DNA from: Thermoanaerobaculia bacterium
GTDB lineage: Bacteria > Acidobacteriota > Thermoanaerobaculia > UBA5066 > DATFVB01
DNA length: 40,948 bases
Assembly (NCBI GenBank): GCA_050747885.1
Contig: JBOGJO010000403.1
Location: forward strand, 1-40,948
Direction of reading: 5' to 3'
Shown: positions 38,620 to 40,948 of the stretch, one piece after another
How the letters are laid out: each line of letters starts with the position of its first letter
Numbering within the stretch: position 1 is the stretch's first letter
The notes under the pieces: model-generated
What the model was told of the DNA's origin: nothing
Seen by the model: only the letters and a program-made list of their open reading frames with translations
Databases searched by the model: none
Position numbers and translations under genes: made by a program

Positions 38620-39063
38620 ATGCCAAACACAATCCGCCTTCACCGCGTTCTCCGGTCCACGCCCGACAGGGTCTACCGGGCGTTCCTGGACCCCGACGCC
38701 ATGGCGAAATGGCTTCCGCCGAACGGGTTCACCGGAAAGGTCCACCAGATGGACGCGAAGGTGGGCGGCACCTACAAGATGTCGTTCACGAATTTCAGCA
38801 ACGGCCAGTCCCATTCCTTCGGAGGCAAGTACGTCGAGCTCGTCCCGAACGAGCGAATCCGTTACACCGACCACTTCGACGACCCGAACCTCACGGGCGA
38901 GATCCAGGTCACCGTGACGATGAAGAAAGTCTCGGTCGGGACGGAGCTGCACATCGTGCAGGAGGGCGTACCGGACGTCATCCCCGCGGAGGCCTGCTAC
39001 CTCGGCTGGCACGAGTCGCTGGTGCTCCTGGGAAAGCTCGTCGAGCCCGAGATCCCGGGCTGA
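38620..39063 (+). CDS. SRPBCC-superfamily protein (AHSA1/Aha1-like START fold)
   Basis: IRLHRVLRSTPDRVYRAFLDPDAMAKWLPPNGFTG...GGTYKMSF...SHSFGGKYVELVPNERIRYTDHFDDP is the usual AHSA1-domain pattern. GGGAGG RBS 6 nt upstream. Confidence 0.8.
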   Translation: MPNTIRLHRVLRSTPDRVYRAFLDPDAMAKWLPPNGFTGKVHQMDAKVGGTYKMSFTNFSNGQSHSFGGKYVELVPNERIRYTDHFDDPNLTGEIQVTVTMKKVSVGTELHIVQEGVPDVIPAEACYLGWHESLVLLGKLVEPEIPG

Positions 39064-39072
39064 GGCTTCCCT

Positions 39073-39098
39073 GAAGCTCGCCCGCTCCCGAGAGCTTC
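39073..39098 (+). terminator. Possible stem-loop downstream of the SRPBCC gene
   Basis: gaagctc-12 nt-gagcttc (7-bp stem), 10 nt after the stop. No U-tract, so the call is weak. Confidence 0.25.
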
Positions 39099-39385
39099 GA
39101 GGATCCAGATTTCCGTGTCCCCATTCGGGGCGGTGCGCGATGGGAAGGATGAATGGAAACGCGGCGCCATTTTGCCATCGTGCGGAGCGGCGTTAGGCGA
39201 ACGAATTCGCGCGTTCCCGGAGGGTGCCAGGGGATAATTCATGAGATGGGACAAGGGGTTGGGTTTTGGGGCGATCGAGGATGACGCGACAAGGAGGCGG
39301 ATTTCGGTCGCGTTTGGGGAAATTCATTGGTACGCCTAATTACATGTTCGGTGTCCTGTTCAGAAGTTACGGCGGGAGGTGAGGG

Positions 39386-39601
39386 ATGGTTGCTGAAGTC
39401 GAGGAATTTCGGGGTCACGTCCTCGTACGGTCGGTAGTGTGCGCACTTATCGTTGGTTCGTACGTCTGGTTTACGTCGCGAAGCCCAGACCTTCAACAAA
39501 ACCCGATCTTTCTCTGGGTGTGGGCAGTCACTTTCGTCGGCTCGCTCGTCTCCATAAACCTAGCTCACAGGCAGGCAATGCGATCTCGTGAAAGTCACTG
39601 A
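39386..39601 (+). CDS. Small hypothetical membrane protein (two predicted TM helices) in a lower-GC islet
   Basis: GGAGGT lies 5 nt before the ATG. The 71-aa product has hydrophobic segments VLVRSVVCALIVGSYVWF and IFLWVWAVTFVGSLVSI. Its codon third positions are visibly less GC-biased than in the rest of the window. Confidence 0.45.
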   Translation: MVAEVEEFRGHVLVRSVVCALIVGSYVWFTSRSPDLQQNPIFLWVWAVTFVGSLVSINLAHRQAMRSRESH

Positions 39602-39625
39602 CTCATGAGGCCACCGAACATCTCG

Positions 39626-39656
39626 TTGCAGCGGCCGTCGCTTCGCTTCGCCGCTG
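39626..39656 (+). repeat. Short motif set A upstream of the TA cassette
   Basis: ttgcagcgg (39626-39634) and gtcgcttcgct (39637-39647), both shared with the element at 40199-40253. Local inverted repeat cagcgg/ccgctg. Confidence 0.4.
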
Positions 39657-39700
39657 AAGCCGGGTCGTTAGCCTGCGGGGGATCGCAGTGGGTGGTAAAA

Positions 39701-39714
39701 TCATCATCTGATGA
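39701..39714 (+). promoter_or_regulatory. Palindrome over the antitoxin start; candidate TA operator
   Basis: tcatca-tc-tgatga (6-bp arms) overlaps ATG 39711. A TAAAAT -10-like hexamer lies at 39695-39700. Confidence 0.35.
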
Positions 39715-39929
39715 CGACGAAACTGGGAAAAGCCGTTTCCGAGATCGAGCATCTGCCAGAAGATGAGCAAGACGCGATTGCCGATTGGCTGCTCGCGGAA
39801 CTTGAATCCGAGCGCCGATGGGACAACCTCTTCGCGCGATCGTCAGGCCTTCTTGGGAAAATGGCGGGCGAGGCGCTCTCGGAGCACCGGGCCGGCCGAA
39901 CCCTCGAGCTCGATCCCGACAAACCTTGA
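39711..39929 (+). CDS. Type II antitoxin (small acidic-helical type that pairs with RelE/ParE-superfamily toxins)
   Basis: 72 aa, AVSEIEHLPEDEQDAIADWLLAELESERRWDNLFARS...LSEHRAGRTLELDP. This matches the antitoxin pattern (LP.EEQD.IA..IL.ELEDE.RWD..F...AEYRAGRT.ELDP) as I remember it. Its stop overlaps the toxin start (TTGA). Confidence 0.7.
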   Translation: MTTKLGKAVSEIEHLPEDEQDAIADWLLAELESERRWDNLFARSSGLLGKMAGEALSEHRAGRTLELDPDKP

Positions 39930-40191
39930 GGTCTCGCACGACCGCGGGCTTTCCTCGGCTCTTCGCCGAGCTTCCGAAGGCCGTCCAGGTTCAAGGTCGT
40001 GAGGCGTATCGGCGGTTTCTCGCCAATCCCTCGCATCCGGGGCTACGGTTCAAGAAAGTGCATTCCTCGCTTCCAATTTCTCCGTCCGAATCAGCGGGGG
40101 TTCTCGCGCGGTTGGAAATCTCGACGGTGATGAAATCGCCTGGTTCTGGATCGGCCCGCATTCCGAGTACGAGAAATTGCTCGCGGGCTAA
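39926..40191 (+). pseudogene. RelE/ParE-superfamily toxin gene interrupted by a 1-nt frameshift
   Basis: Frame 2 from TTG 39926 gives LRSRTTAGFPRLFAELPKAVQVQGREAYRRFLANPSHPGLRFKKVHSSLPI. The conserved C-terminus SVRISGGSRAVGNLDGDEIAWFWIGPHSEYEKLLAG* is in frame 1 and ends at 40191. The switch point is the T-run at 40077-40079. One extra base, e.g. a fourth T, would restore ...LPIFSVRIS... Confidence 0.7.
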
Positions 40192-40198
40192 CCTCGGC

Positions 40199-40253
40199 TT
40201 GCAGCGGATCAGCCTTCGCCCGAAGCTGCGGCTCGACAAGTTGTCGCTTCGCT
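40199..40253 (+). repeat. Short motif set B downstream of the TA cassette
   Basis: ttgcagcgg (40199-40207) and gtcgcttcgct (40243-40253), here separated by 35 nt. Local inverted repeat gcagc/gctgc. Confidence 0.4.
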
Positions 40254-40301
40254 CAAGTCGATGCGCCCGCTCGGCGGTCCCCTTTCGAGACTGACGTCCC
40301 C

Positions 40302-40697
40302 ATGATCCGCCTCATGCGATTTCCGACCGCGATCCCGCGGGATCCCGCCATCGAGGTCTGGATGCGGGAGCATCCGGGCGAGCTGGGGGCCATCGCGAAG
40401 CGCTGGTTTACGGTCATGCGCGCGTGCGGAGACGACGTTTGCGAGCTGTTGCATGACGGCGCCCCGACCGCGTGCGTCGGCGATGCCGCCTTCGGGTATG
40501 TCAACGCGTTCACCGCCCATGTCAACGTGGGATTCCTTCTCGGCGCGAACCTTCCCGACCCTCGCGGCCTCCTGGAAGGCACGGGCAAGTTCATGAGACA
40601 TGTGAAACTCCGGCCCGGGCGCGATGTCGAGGCCGCCGCGCTCCAGAAATTGATCGAGATTTCCTATGCCGACATGAAGGGGCTTCTGGAACACTGA
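40302..40697 (+). CDS. DUF1801 (YdhG-like) domain protein
   Basis: 131 aa, WFTVMRACGDDVCELLHDGAPTACVGDAAFGYVNAFTAHVNVGFLLGANLPDPRGLLEGTGKFMRHVKL resembles the DUF1801 pattern. Confidence 0.55.
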   Translation: MIRLMRFPTAIPRDPAIEVWMREHPGELGAIAKRWFTVMRACGDDVCELLHDGAPTACVGDAAFGYVNAFTAHVNVGFLLGANLPDPRGLLEGTGKFMRHVKLRPGRDVEAAALQKLIEISYADMKGLLEH

Positions 40698-40698
40698 T

Positions 40699-40948
<250 letters not shown>

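Noticed and set aside
39818-40294. 158-aa ORF taken as a single gene
   Set aside because: It is a read-through artefact. Only its middle matches the toxin N-terminal half, and the conserved toxin C-terminus is in the adjacent frame. It was re-interpreted as a frameshifted toxin at 39926-40191.

Overview
GC-rich bacterial chromosomal segment with a strong G/C third-codon-position bias. It is very gene-dense: about 40 CDS, many joined by 4-nt start/stop overlaps. I recognised no rRNA, tRNA, CRISPR array, transposase or integrase. In order, the window holds: parA (partial)-parB; a single-ORF LptF-LptG fusion; a minus-strand string of S4/Hsp15-like protein, small CxxC protein, PAS-GGDEF-EAL, Tat-signal M24 peptidase and adenosylhomocysteinase; a HAMP histidine kinase with a sigma-54 (NtrC-type) response regulator, followed by a sigma-54 promoter and a small secreted protein; tyrosine-catabolism genes (hmgA, hppD, aminotransferase) with a SerA-like dehydrogenase and a B12-domain-less acyl-CoA mutase large subunit; a convergent cluster of Cys-rich protein, beta-propeller, radical SAM/SPASM-like enzyme and GT2; a 2-oxoacid dehydrogenase operon (E1a/E1b/E2) with an embedded GT-C membrane glycosyltransferase and lipB; a six-gene minus-strand operon (ABC ATPase, ABC-2 permease, GldG-like, DUF4340-like, two uncharacterised membrane proteins) behind a consensus sigma-54 promoter; a second M24 peptidase; an S53 sedolisin-like protease; and an accessory-looking 3' end (YjbR-like, REP-like repeat cluster, SRPBCC, lower-GC islet with a small membrane ORF, a type II TA pair with a frameshifted toxin, DUF1801-like, thiC 3' end). 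The best novelty candidates are the sigma-54-driven extended ABC/GldG/DUF4340 operon with its two unknown membrane proteins, and the Cys-rich/propeller/radical-SAM/GT2 cluster. Both rest on inference from motifs and gene order, not on a demonstrated system. All family calls come from motif recognition in the translations; no database search was run.
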